Shown here in pieces: positions 1-8,624 of a DNA stretch of 34,267 nucleotides. The translations under genes were made by a program, and so were the position numbers. The notes below the pieces were generated by a model, which was given only the letters and a program-made list of their open reading frames with translations, made no database searches and was not told the DNA's origin. Origin of the DNA: an uncultured Lachnospiraceae bacterium (GTDB lineage Bacteria > Bacillota > Clostridia > Oscillospirales > CAG-272); contig CAYZHW010000001.1 of NCBI GenBank assembly GCA_964478105.1, positions 1-34,267 on the forward strand. Reading direction: 5' to 3'. Positions within the stretch are counted from its first letter, which is position 1. Each line of letters opens with the position of its first letter.

Positions 1-211
1 ATTTTCTGCTCGCTATTCGCTTCGCAAAATTTCGACCGCGGCCACTCCTTTTTGCTCGCTTCATCTGCCGTAGGCAGCGCTCGCAAACGTCCCCACTTCG
101 ATACCTCTTTGTATTAAGTTGTGGTAATCTCCACAGACACGGCAAATATTATATCATATTTTTTTCGGCTTTGCAAGAGTTTTTTATAAAAAATATGTTT
201 TAAAAGTTTTT

Positions 212-254
212 GAAGACATCAAGAACCTTTCTCCAAAAGGTTCTTGATGTCTTC
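212..254 (-). terminator. Perfect 16-bp stem-loop just downstream of the thiI stop (possible terminator or 3'-end stabiliser)
   Basis: 'gaagacatcaagaacc' (212-227) pairs perfectly with 'ggttcttgatgtcttc' (239-254) around an 11-nt loop. It lies 7 nt past the thiI TGA (261-263). There is no clean U-tract on the minus strand, so it is weak as a classical intrinsic terminator. Confidence 0.35.
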
Positions 255-260
255 TTATTC

Positions 261-1433
261 TCAATATTCCACATCGACCGTGTATTTGGTTGCGTAGGCT
301 TCGTCGCACAGGGCGGCAAAGTCGAGTTTGTTCTCCTCGCGCAGTACTTTTTCAAGTTCGGGCTTTGTGCGGGGATGACGGGGAGTGAAGACCGTACAGC
401 AGTCCTCGTAGGGAAGTATCGACGTCTCAAAGGTGTCGATCCTTCTTGCCATCTGCACTATCTCTTCCTTATCCATACCGATGCAGGGGCGAAGCACCGG
501 CATATTTACCGCGTTATCGGTGACGCCTATCGCCTGCATTGTTTGGCTTGCGACCTGACCCAAGCTCTCGCCTGTGATCAGCGCGCCGCAACCGCGCTCG
601 CGCGCGCAACGCTCGGCAAGCGTCATCATATAACGGCGCAGAAGCAGTGTGAAATAATCTTCCTCGCACGCGCGACGAAGCTCCTCTTGTATATGTGTGA
701 GCGAGATGATATGCACCTTCATCTTGCCTGTGTATGCGCAGACCAGGCGTGCAAGCTCAAGCACCTTTTCGCGTGCCCGCTCGCTGGTGTAGGGATAGCT
801 CTCGAAGTGGAGTGCCTCTATCGTGACACCGCGTTTTGCCATCATAAATCCCGCGACGGGGCTGTCGATGCCGCCCGAAAGAAGGAGCAAGCCCTTGCCG
901 TTCGAGCCCGAGGGCATACCGCCTGCGCCCTTGAATCTGCCCGCGTAGACATATGCGGCGTATTCTCTTATCTCGACCATAACGGTGATGTCGGGGTTGT
1001 AGACGTCGACCTTAAGCCGCGGCATAGCCGAAAGGACGGCACCGCCGACCTCGCGCGAGATCTCGGGAGATTTTAGGGGGAAGTTTTTGTCCGAGCGCTT
1101 TGCCTCGACCTTGAAGGTCTTGTGCCCCTCAAGATAAGCGGGAAGGTACTCTTTTGCCATTTCGAGGATCTTGTCCATATCTTTTTCAACTATCGCCGCG
1201 CGGACAACGACCACTACGCCGAAGACTTTGCGAAGCGAATCGAACATCGCGTCGATATCCTGGTACTCATCCTTGGGCTCAACGTAGGCCGTGCTCTGTG
1301 CAGAGTAGACATCAAATTCGCCTACAGCGGCGGCGCGGCGCTTTATCTCGCGAAGGAGCATTGATTCAAAGTTTTTGCGGTTCGCGCCCTTGAGCACGAC
1401 CTCGCCGTATTTGCATAAAAGTATTTCTTTCAC
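261..1433 (-). CDS. thiI: tRNA 4-thiouridine synthase / tRNA sulfurtransferase ThiI
   Basis: 390-aa ORF with the N-terminus 'KYGEVVLKGANRKNF' and the PP-loop 'LLLSGGIDSPVAGFMMAKRG'. GTG start with an AAAGGA SD 9 nt upstream. It lies 25 nt downstream of proA. Confidence 0.9.
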   Translation of the reverse strand: MKEILLCKYGEVVLKGANRKNFESMLLREIKRRAAAVGEFDVYSAQSTAYVEPKDEYQDIDAMFDSLRKVFGVVVVVRAAIVEKDMDKILEMAKEYLPAYLEGHKTFKVEAKRSDKNFPLKSPEISREVGGAVLSAMPRLKVDVYNPDITVMVEIREYAAYVYAGRFKGAGGMPSGSNGKGLLLLSGGIDSPVAGFMMAKRGVTIEALHFESYPYTSERAREKVLELARLVCAYTGKMKVHIISLTHIQEELRRACEEDYFTLLLRRYMMTLAERCARERGCGALITGESLGQVASQTMQAIGVTDNAVNMPVLRPCIGMDKEEIVQMARRIDTFETSILPYEDCCTVFTPRHPRTKPELEKVLREENKLDFAALCDEAYATKYTVDVEY

Positions 1434-1458
1434 TGTTATTGATCCTTTTCTGATTTGT

Positions 1459-2706
1459 TTAACGAATTTGTCCGTTTCCGTTTATGAGATACTTATCGGT
1501 CGTTAGCACGCCGAGGCCCATCGGGCCGCGTGCGTGGAGCTTTTGCGTCGAGATACCTATCTCTGCGCCGAAGCCGAACTCGCCGCCGTCGGTAAAGCGC
1601 GTCGACGCGTTGACGTAGACCGCCGCTGAGTCTATCTCGGATTGGAATCTTTCGGCATTTACAAGGTCGTTCGTGATTATCGACTCGCTGTGGTGAGTGC
1701 TGTATCTGTTGATATGTTCTATTGCTTCGCCAAGTGAGGATACGACCTTAACAGAGATGATATAATCGTCGTACTCGGTGGCAAAATCTTCGTCGGCCGC
1801 AGAGGTGCAAGCTATTATCTTCTGCGTCTTTTCGCATCCCCGTATCTCAAGCGAGAATGCCTCACCCGCTTTTTTGAACATCGGCAGGAATCTTTCTGCG
1901 ACGCTCTCGTGTACGAGCAGTGTCTCTATTGCGTTGCATACCGAGGGGCGCGAGGTCTTTGCGTTGATCGCTACAGAAAGAGCCATATCGAGATCTGCGC
2001 TCTCGTCAACGTAGAGGTGGCAGTTGCCCGCCCCTGTTTCAATTACGGGGATCTTTGCGTTTTCGGTGACGTTTTTTATAAGCCCTTTGCCGCCGCGCGG
2101 AATGAGCACGTCAACATACTCGCGAAGCGTCATAAGTATGTTTGCGCTCTCGCGTTCGGTATTTTCGACGAGCCCGATCACGTCGGGCGAGATGCCTGAT
2201 GACGACAGTGCGCACTTCATTATCGAAACGAGAGTTTTGTTTGTATTGATCGCCTCTTTGCCGCCGCGAAGGATGACCGAGTTGCCAGTCTTGATGCACA
2301 TTCCCGCCGCGTCGACCGTGACGTTGGGGCGTGCTTCATAGATAATGGCGACCACGCCGAGCGGCACTTTGGTGCACTTTATGGTAAGACCGTTGGGGCG
2401 AGTGGTGACGCTTCCCGCGCCTATGGGGTCGGGGAGCGCGATAAGCTCGCGCAGAGCCGAGCAGATGCCCCCGACTCTTTTCTCGTCGAGCTTGAGTCGG
2501 TCAAGCATAGGTCCGGGCACGCCGTTTTCTGCGGCGCGCGAGAGGTCAAGCTCGTTTGAAGTGAATATTTCGGCTCTCTTTTCCCAAAGCAGGTCTGCTA
2601 TTGCGGCAAGAGCTTCGTTTTTCTTTTGTGTGGATGTTCTTGCAAACTCTGCCGAAGCGCGCTTGACGCTTTTGGCGAGTTCTGTCATATATGTATTGAG
2701 ATCCAT
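1459..2706 (-). CDS. proA: Gamma-glutamyl phosphate reductase
   Basis: 415-aa ORF with the aldehyde-dehydrogenase fold, a catalytic-Cys context 'SRPSVCNAIETLLVH', and C-terminal 'STRFTDGGEFGFGAEIGISTQKLHARGPMG'. Its ATG is 3 nt after the proB stop. Confidence 0.95.
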   Translation of the reverse strand: MDLNTYMTELAKSVKRASAEFARTSTQKKNEALAAIADLLWEKRAEIFTSNELDLSRAAENGVPGPMLDRLKLDEKRVGGICSALRELIALPDPIGAGSVTTRPNGLTIKCTKVPLGVVAIIYEARPNVTVDAAGMCIKTGNSVILRGGKEAINTNKTLVSIMKCALSSSGISPDVIGLVENTERESANILMTLREYVDVLIPRGGKGLIKNVTENAKIPVIETGAGNCHLYVDESADLDMALSVAINAKTSRPSVCNAIETLLVHESVAERFLPMFKKAGEAFSLEIRGCEKTQKIIACTSAADEDFATEYDDYIISVKVVSSLGEAIEHINRYSTHHSESIITNDLVNAERFQSEIDSAAVYVNASTRFTDGGEFGFGAEIGISTQKLHARGPMGLGVLTTDKYLINGNGQIR

Positions 2707-2709
2707 ATC

Positions 2710-3501
2710 TTACTCCTTGGTTGCCGCGAAGAATGTTCCGCGTTTTTCTCCCGCGAGGATATCGTAGAGTATGTGCGGGTCGGTTCCGTTTGCGATTATC
2801 ATAGGTATTCCCGCATCTCCCGCGATCTTGGCCGCCTTGATCTTAGCCACCATACCGCCCGTGCCTCGCTCGGTTCCCGCACCGCCCGCCATAGCGAGTA
2901 CGCTGTCATCGATAAAGTCAATTCTCGGAATGAGCTTTGCGTCGGGATTCTTTCTCGGGTCACAGTCATAAAGACCGTCTATGTCCGAGAGGTTGATGAG
3001 CAGATCGGCGTCGCAGACGAGCGAAACGTACGCCGAGAGGGTATCGTTTCCGCCGAACTTGATCTCCTCGGATGAGACGGAGTCGTTTTCATTTACTATC
3101 GGCACACATCCCATCTCAAGCATCACGCGGAATGTGTTTTCGACCGCGTGACGGCGCTCGGGCGAGTCTATTACATCTTTTGTCATAAGTATCTGTCCGA
3201 CGGTATGTCCGTATGTTGAAAAGAAGCGGTCATATATCTTCATAAGCTCGCTCTGTCCTACCGCCGCCATCGCCTGTTTTTCCTCGACGCTGCGCGGACG
3301 GTGGTCGACGTTCATCTTTGCTATTCCCGCCGAGACTGCACCCGAGGATACGAGCACTATCTGCTTGCCCGCGTTCTTGAAATCCGAGAGCGCGAGCACG
3401 AGCGATTCGATACGGTGAAGATTGAGTGCGCCCGTCGTGTGAGTGAGGGTCGATGTGCCTATTTTTACGACTATTCTCCTGTAATCTTTTACGAGATCCA
3501 T
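2710..3501 (-). CDS. proB: Glutamate 5-kinase (short form without PUA domain)
   Basis: 263-aa ORF with amino-acid-kinase motifs 'IVVKIGTSTLT', 'VLVSSGAV', 'IVNENDSV' and 'GGNDTLSA'. Located immediately upstream of proA. Confidence 0.95.
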   Translation of the reverse strand: MDLVKDYRRIVVKIGTSTLTHTTGALNLHRIESLVLALSDFKNAGKQIVLVSSGAVSAGIAKMNVDHRPRSVEEKQAMAAVGQSELMKIYDRFFSTYGHTVGQILMTKDVIDSPERRHAVENTFRVMLEMGCVPIVNENDSVSSEEIKFGGNDTLSAYVSLVCDADLLINLSDIDGLYDCDPRKNPDAKLIPRIDFIDDSVLAMAGGAGTERGTGGMVAKIKAAKIAGDAGIPMIIANGTDPHILYDILAGEKRGTFFAATKE

Positions 3502-3640
3502 ATAACTACCTGTCTTTCGCGAAAAATTTATAAAAAAAGACTTTCAAAAGCAAAGAAAATATATTATAATATAATAGTATAGTACAATGGAAGACTTTTT
3601 TCAAGTGAAATTTAGAAGCTTTTTTTCGGGGGGCGCACCA

Positions 3641-3952
3641 ATGAGCGAAAAATTCAACATAAATATAGCCGATGTGGCGATAACCGTTATCACCGACGAG
3701 GATGAGAACACCGTAAACGAGACGGTCGCCCTTCTTGATTCGAAGATACGCGAGATGAATCTGGGTAGTGCGCGTACCTCAAAGCTTGAGGCGGCGCTGG
3801 TCACCGCTCTCGACTGCCTTTGCGAGAAGAACAAGCTCAAGAAGAGAGTCCTTACGGCAGAATCGCACAGCGCATTCTATGCGGCGCAGGCAAACGCGCT
3901 TCGCGCCGAAAATGAAGAGCTGAAAAAGAAACTTGAAGAATATGAAAGCTAA
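3641..3952 (+). CDS. zapA: Cell division protein ZapA-like
   Basis: Small protein 'MSEKFNINIADVAITVITDEDENTVNETVALLDSKIREM' with a C-terminal coiled coil 'ENEELKKKLEEYE'. I prefer the ATG at 3641, which has a G-rich SD 'cgggggg' 7 nt upstream, over the ORF-track ATG at 3587, which has no SD. Confidence 0.65.
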   Translation: MSEKFNINIADVAITVITDEDENTVNETVALLDSKIREMNLGSARTSKLEAALVTALDCLCEKNKLKKRVLTAESHSAFYAAQANALRAENEELKKKLEEYES

Positions 3953-5966
3953 GCTTCCCGAACTGCTTGCCCCCGCAGGCTCGAGAAAAGCCATAGAGGC
4001 CGCCGTTTCGGCGGGCGCGGACGCCGTTTATTTCGGCGGAAAAAGCCACAACGCGCGTATTTTTGCCGATAATATAGACGACGGTGAGCTCAAGGACATA
4101 ATATCCCTTTGCCACGCGTACGGGGCAAAGAGCTATATCACGCTTAATACTCTCACGCATTCGCGTGAGCTTGGCGACGTTTTAAAATTCGCGGAACTGC
4201 TTTACCGCTCGGGCGCCGACGCGCTTATTTTAGCAGACCTCGGACTTGCGTCGATGATAAAAAGATACATTCCCGATTTTGAGCTTCACGCGAGCACACA
4301 GGTGTCGGGACATAACACCGACGCGGCAAGAAAACTTGCCGATCTGGGCTTTTCAAGAATGGTGCTGGCGCGTGAGATGCCGCTTTCGGATATCCGATCG
4401 TTTTGCGAGAACTCGCCCATAGAATCTGAAGTGTTCGTGCACGGTGCGCTCTGCGTATCGGCATCGGGACAGTGCCTTTTCTCCTCGCTTGTGGGCGGAC
4501 GGAGCGGAAACCGCGGTGAGTGTGCACAGCCCTGCAGACTCCCTTACACCAAGGGAACTTGCAAAAAACCGTGCTACCCGCTGAGCCTTCGCGACCTCTC
4601 GCTCGCTCCCCACATTCCCGCGCTTATAGATGCGGGTGTGGCGTCGCTCAAGATTGAGGGGAGAATGAAATCCCCCGAGTACGTGCGCGATGTGACGGCG
4701 ATATACAGAACACTGCTTGATGAGCGCCGCGCGGCAAACGCCGACGAGACGGCGGAGCTTGCAAGGATATTCTCCCGCTCGGGATTTACCGACGGATATT
4801 TTACCGGCAAGGTCGGAGCAAATATGCTCGGTGTCCGTACCGAGCGCGAAAAGGCGGAGAGCCGTGAGCTCGTACCTTTTGATAAGATAACGAAGAAGAT
4901 ACCGCTTTTTATGTCGGCGAGCTTCAATATAGGCAGACCCGCCTCTCTTAGAGTGTCGGACGGCAAAAAGAGCGTTACGGTGTACGGAGCTTCTCCTGTT
5001 TTGGCAGAGAATTCTCCGACGCCGAAAGAAAATATTATAAGACAGCTTGCAAAATTAGGGGCGACTCCCTATGAGGCGGCACAAATCGAATGCGAAGCCG
5101 AGGACGGTCTGCTGATACCGCTCTCGAAGATAAACGAGCTTCGCCGAGATGCGCTTGATGCGCTTATGTCCCCCGATATGGCGCGGACAGGCTTTGTTAT
5201 GCGCGAGATCCAAAAAGAGAATAGAAGCACAGAGCGAACAAAAAAGAGAAGCGCGCGTTTCCTCTTTGCAAAAAATCTGCCGTCCGAAGGCGAGCTTGAA
5301 CGGTTTTTTGATATCGTATATCTGCCGCTTGCCGAGATATCGGCAAACAAAAACGGCGCGGTGAACGGTGTGATACTTCCGGGTGTGATCTTTGACAGCG
5401 AGATGCCTGAGGTCGAAAAGATGCTGAAAGCTGCAAGAGGCGCGGGCATTACTCACGCGCTCGTCTCAAACATCGGACACATAGAGCTTGCAAAAAAATA
5501 CGGTTTTATTCTGCACGGCGACTTCAGACTCAACGTGTACAACACCGAGACGGCAAAAACGCTTGAAAGCCTTGGCGTAGAGGATGTTATACTCTCGCCC
5601 GAGCTCTCGCTTGCGCAGAGCCGAGATATCGCCGCAGATGCTGCTGCCGTTGTCTACGGGCGTATTCCTTTGATGTTGCTCGAACGTTGCGTGATCGAGG
5701 ATTGCGGCGAGTGTGGGAAAAATTCATTTACTCTCACTGACAGACGGGGCGTTTCTTTCCCCGTATTTCGCGAATATCCGCACAGAAACGTGCTCTATAA
5801 CAGCGTGCGCACCTATATGGCAGACAGGGCAGACGAGATGACCCGCGCGCGGGTGGGCAAGACACATTTTATTTTTTCGGACGAGAGTGAGCGCGAAGTT
5901 CTCGCCGTCATAGAAGCATATAAAAAACAAAGACAGCCGAAGGGAAACGTTCGGCGGATAAAATAG
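3942..5966 (+). CDS. Peptidase U32 family protein (long form)
   Basis: N-terminus 'ELLAPAGSRKAIEAAVSAGADAVYFGG' plus the U32 signature 'EVFVHGALCVSASGQCLFSS'. The ORF-track start at 3933 is TTG, and the ATG at 3942 gives 'MKAKLPELLAPAG'. It overlaps the end of zapA. Confidence 0.85.
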   Translation: MKAKLPELLAPAGSRKAIEAAVSAGADAVYFGGKSHNARIFADNIDDGELKDIISLCHAYGAKSYITLNTLTHSRELGDVLKFAELLYRSGADALILADLGLASMIKRYIPDFELHASTQVSGHNTDAARKLADLGFSRMVLAREMPLSDIRSFCENSPIESEVFVHGALCVSASGQCLFSSLVGGRSGNRGECAQPCRLPYTKGTCKKPCYPLSLRDLSLAPHIPALIDAGVASLKIEGRMKSPEYVRDVTAIYRTLLDERRAANADETAELARIFSRSGFTDGYFTGKVGANMLGVRTEREKAESRELVPFDKITKKIPLFMSASFNIGRPASLRVSDGKKSVTVYGASPVLAENSPTPKENIIRQLAKLGATPYEAAQIECEAEDGLLIPLSKINELRRDALDALMSPDMARTGFVMREIQKENRSTERTKKRSARFLFAKNLPSEGELERFFDIVYLPLAEISANKNGAVNGVILPGVIFDSEMPEVEKMLKAARGAGITHALVSNIGHIELAKKYGFILHGDFRLNVYNTETAKTLESLGVEDVILSPELSLAQSRDIAADAAAVVYGRIPLMLLERCVIEDCGECGKNSFTLTDRRGVSFPVFREYPHRNVLYNSVRTYMADRADEMTRARVGKTHFIFSDESEREVLAVIEAYKKQRQPKGNVRRIK

Positions 5967-5974
5967 ATCGGAGT

Positions 5975-6092
5975 ACGGTTTTGCGGCTTTTGCCGCAAAA
6001 AGCAGAGCGGCAATTTGCTGCCGCAAACCTGCCCCAATTCCCAAAGAGAAAGGAAGCTTTTGCAAAAGCAAAAGTTATGGTCATAATTATGG
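5975..6092 (+). repeat. Copy A of a 118-nt structured intergenic repeat (three hairpins + SD + start codon) leading into mreB
   Basis: Gap-free hand alignment to 29109-29226 gives 108/118 identical positions. Hairpins are at 5979-6000 (9 bp), 6007-6024 (6 bp) and 6056-6075 (8 bp). 'AAGGAAG' lies just 5' of hairpin 3, and ATGs are at 6077 and 6089. Confidence 0.75.
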
Positions 6093-7096
6093 CAAGAAGC
6101 ATAGGAATCGACCTTGGCACAGCCAATACAATAATCTGCGTCAAAGGGAAGGGTATCGTATTAAGAGAGCCTTCTGTTGTCGCAATAGACTCGCGCTCGC
6201 GTCGGCTCTGCGCCGCGGGCATTGCCGCAAAGCAGATGTGCGGCAAGACACCGGGCGATATAATCGCGTTCCGTCCGATAAAGGACGGCGTTATCGCCGA
6301 CTACCGCATAACTGCGGATATGCTCGAATATTTCTTCCGTAAGATAGGTATGAAGTCTGTCTTTAACCGCCCGAATGTCGTCGTCGCGACTCCCTACGGC
6401 ATTACCGAGGTCGAGAAACGTGCGGTCGAGGATGCCGCGCTTGACGCGGGAGCAAAGTCGGTCGCGCTTATCGAGGAGCCCATCGCCGCCGCTATCGGTA
6501 CGGGACTGCGCGTGGCAGAGGCGAGAGGATGTATGATAATCGACATCGGCGGCGGCACTTGCGAGGTCGCTGTAATAAGCCTTGGCGGCATAGTTATATC
6601 CAATTCGATACGTGTCGGCGGAGATCAGCTTGACGCCGCTATCGTCTCTTACGTAAAGCGTAAGCATAACGTTATGATAGGCGATGCGACGGCTGAAATG
6701 TTAAAGAAGAACATCGGCTCTGTGCACCCTTCGGTCGACCGCGGCGTTATGGAGATAAAGGGCAGAAATCTTATGACCGGACTTCCCGCTATTATAAAGG
6801 TGCGCTCGGACGAGATCCGCGATGCGCTCGCAGAGCCGCTTGAGAAGATAATCGAGTGCATCCGTTCCACACTTGAGACCACGCCCCCCGAGCTTTCGGG
6901 CGATATATTCGATATCGGCATTATGCTTACCGGCGGGTCGGCTATGCTGGGCGGCTTTGACACTCTCATCTCGCAGATAACAGGCACGCGCGTAATGCTT
7001 GCGAAGCGTCCGCTCGAGTCGGTCGCGGTAGGCATCGGACGCGTTATCGAATCGAACGCGTCGTTTAGAGATTTTGTTGATTTCAGGACTCGCTAA
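6089..7096 (+). CDS. mreB: Rod shape-determining actin homologue MreB
   Basis: 'MARSIGIDLGTANTIICV', 'DIGGGTCEVAVISLGG' and 'LTGGSAMLGG' are actin-fold motifs. An alternative in-frame ATG at 6077 adds MVII. The ORF-track TTG at 5981 reads through the repeat and is rejected. Confidence 0.93.
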   Translation: MARSIGIDLGTANTIICVKGKGIVLREPSVVAIDSRSRRLCAAGIAAKQMCGKTPGDIIAFRPIKDGVIADYRITADMLEYFFRKIGMKSVFNRPNVVVATPYGITEVEKRAVEDAALDAGAKSVALIEEPIAAAIGTGLRVAEARGCMIIDIGGGTCEVAVISLGGIVISNSIRVGGDQLDAAIVSYVKRKHNVMIGDATAEMLKKNIGSVHPSVDRGVMEIKGRNLMTGLPAIIKVRSDEIRDALAEPLEKIIECIRSTLETTPPELSGDIFDIGIMLTGGSAMLGGFDTLISQITGTRVMLAKRPLESVAVGIGRVIESNASFRDFVDFRTR

Positions 7097-7215
7097 ATGC
7101 GCGAAGGCACCGCAAACGCGGGCCATAACAGCCACACTCAGCGCGCAATTTTGCTGAAAACGGGCCCAAACCGAAAAGACGCGGAATTCAAAATGATTAC
7201 AAATACGGAGTTTTT

Positions 7216-8055
7216 ATGCAATTCTTCAAGAGCAGATTTTTTATCGTCGCGCTTATCATTGCGCTCATACTTGCGATAGTTCCGACTGTGCTTTCGGTCA
7301 TGGGGCTTTCTTCCTATGTCCGCGCGGCAATAGGGACTGTAGTCTCTCCTTTTCGGAGCGCGCTTTCGTATGTTGCTGACGGTATCGTGGGCTTCTCGGA
7401 GTATTTCACCGAATACGACAGGTTAGCCGAAGAGAACGAGCGGCTGAAAGATGAGCTTGCCGAAGCAGAGGACAAGCTGTATTCGGCAACACTTATAGAA
7501 GAAGAAAACGAGTGGCTTCGCGGCTACCTCGGCCTTAAACGCGAACATATAGATTTCGATCTTGAAGCGGCGACGGTCGTCGCACGCGAAGCGGGAAATT
7601 ATATGACCGTGTTCGTGCTCAACCGCGGAACGCTCCACGGAGTCGCGGTCAATATGCCTATAGTGTGTGAGTCGGGCGTCATCGGATACATATCCGAGGT
7701 CGGTCCTACCTGGTCGAAGGGCGTGACTCTTATAGAGACGGCAAGTTCGGTCGGCGCATACGTTGAGCGCTCGGGCGAGACGGGAGTCGTCGAGGGATCG
7801 TACATACTTAAGGACGACGGACTTTGTACTATGTCATACCTGCCTTCCGATGCGGATATCGTTGTCGGGGACAGGATACTCACAAGCGGTGTAGGAAGCG
7901 TATATCCGCAGGGCCTTCTTATCGGCACGGTCGAGAGTGTCGGCTTTGACGAATACACGCGCGAGACCACGGCAAGCATTTCGCTCGCCGCACCCTTTGA
8001 GGATATAAAAAAGGTAATGATAATCAAGGATTTTAATATAACGAACAAGGACTAA
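7216..8055 (+). CDS. mreC: Rod shape-determining protein MreC
   Basis: N-terminal TM 'FFIVALIIALILAIVPTVL', a coiled coil 'LAEENERLKDELAEAEDKL', and a beta-rich C-terminus. ACGGAG SD upstream. Sits between mreB and mreD. Confidence 0.9.
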   Translation: MQFFKSRFFIVALIIALILAIVPTVLSVMGLSSYVRAAIGTVVSPFRSALSYVADGIVGFSEYFTEYDRLAEENERLKDELAEAEDKLYSATLIEEENEWLRGYLGLKREHIDFDLEAATVVAREAGNYMTVFVLNRGTLHGVAVNMPIVCESGVIGYISEVGPTWSKGVTLIETASSVGAYVERSGETGVVEGSYILKDDGLCTMSYLPSDADIVVGDRILTSGVGSVYPQGLLIGTVESVGFDEYTRETTASISLAAPFEDIKKVMIIKDFNITNKD

Positions 8056-8065
8056 AGGAGAAGCT

Positions 8066-8596
8066 ATGTCGGCGCACGCAAAGATAATATTGCAAAAATC
8101 GCTCATATACGGTGTCGCCGTGATAGTTGCGGCGATATTCCAGACCGCCTTCTTCTCGCATATAAGGTTGTTTGGCGCAACGCCCGATATGATGCTCGGG
8201 GCGGTGATGGCGATAGCTATGTTTGAGGGCGAGAGGGCAGGATGCGCGGCGGGCATCGGCGCGGGATTTTTCATAGAAGCCATCGGCGGTGTGGGACTCT
8301 CGGTCCTTCCTGTTTTTTATATGATATGCGGCGCTGTGTGCGGTCTGCTTTGCATACGCACCTTCTCGCGCGGACCGGTCACATTCGTGCTTTTTGCGCT
8401 CGTCGCTTATATTGCACGCGCGATGGTGACTCTTATATATATAAGCTTTCTATGGGGTGATTACAACATCCTTGACGCGATAGGAAAGATACTCGTACCC
8501 GAGTATTTTTCAAGTGTAATATTCTCACTTTTCTCCTTTGCCGCAATAAGACTTTTGGCAAAGATATTCCACAGAACAAGAGAGCTCAACAGATAA
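8066..8596 (+). CDS. mreD: Rod shape-determining protein MreD
   Basis: 176-aa polytopic membrane protein immediately after mreC, with an AAAGGAG SD. Confidence 0.8.
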   Translation: MSAHAKIILQKSLIYGVAVIVAAIFQTAFFSHIRLFGATPDMMLGAVMAIAMFEGERAGCAAGIGAGFFIEAIGGVGLSVLPVFYMICGAVCGLLCIRTFSRGPVTFVLFALVAYIARAMVTLIYISFLWGDYNILDAIGKILVPEYFSSVIFSLFSFAAIRLLAKIFHRTRELNR

Positions 8597-8624
8597 AGAT
8601 CATTTTCAAAGCGAGGTGAAACAA

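Noticed and set aside
1-120. A GC-rich non-coding-looking stretch at the window edge with short direct repeats ('ttctgctcgct' / 'ttttgctcgct', 'tcgcaaa' twice) and a small hairpin 'ctgcc-gta-ggcag'. It could be another dispersed repeat or the end of an element.
   Set aside because: It is truncated by the window start, has no second copy inside the window, does not match the 118-nt repeat, and is not tRNA- or CRISPR-like. I cannot support any call without flanking sequence or a genome-wide search.
210-1076. Long antisense ORFs opposite well-supported genes: 210-1076 (+), 10675-11313 (-), 11679-12374 (-), 15623-16609 (+), 20096-20989 (-), 23493-24680 (-), 27937-29034 (+) and 32352-33305 (-).
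   Set aside because: Each lies fully inside a gene on the other strand that has clear family motifs (thiI, nth, ahcY, PHP, M56, ogg and others). Their translations are low-complexity or Arg/Cys-rich, have no motifs, and often start with TTG. These are typical shadow ORFs in ~50% GC DNA.
3502-3640. Possible T-box or other leader upstream of proB, since proBA is T-box regulated in some Firmicutes.
   Set aside because: Only about 85-140 nt of AT-rich spacer is shared with the divergent zapA promoter. That is too short for a T-box, and I saw no specifier or terminator-antiterminator arrangement.
3587-3640. The upstream ATG at 3587, which would extend ZapA by 18 aa ('MEDFFQVKFRSFFSGGAP').
   Set aside because: No SD precedes it, and the extension is not ZapA-like. 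The ATG at 3641 has a G-rich SD and gives a typical ~100-aa ZapA. I keep it only as an alternative.
5981-6088. N-terminal extensions 'MRLLPQKAERQFAAANLPQFPKRKEAFAKAK' (mreB, from 5981) and 'MWLLPQKAERQFAAATQPRFPRRKEAFAKAK' (from 29115), which look like a shared protein domain. The reverse-strand ORFs ending in 'GSKLPLCFLRQKPQNR' belong to the same case.
   Set aside because: Both start at TTG, lack an SD, and simply read through the 118-nt repeat. MreB homologues start at 'M..(D/S)IGIDLGTANT'. The similarity is explained at the nucleotide and RNA-structure level, not as coding.
7097-7215. The 119-nt mreB-mreC spacer and the small ORF 7097-7279 as a possible sRNA or micropeptide.
   Set aside because: There is no convincing promoter, terminator or stable hairpin. 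The 60-aa ORF overlaps the mreC start out of frame and lacks an SD.
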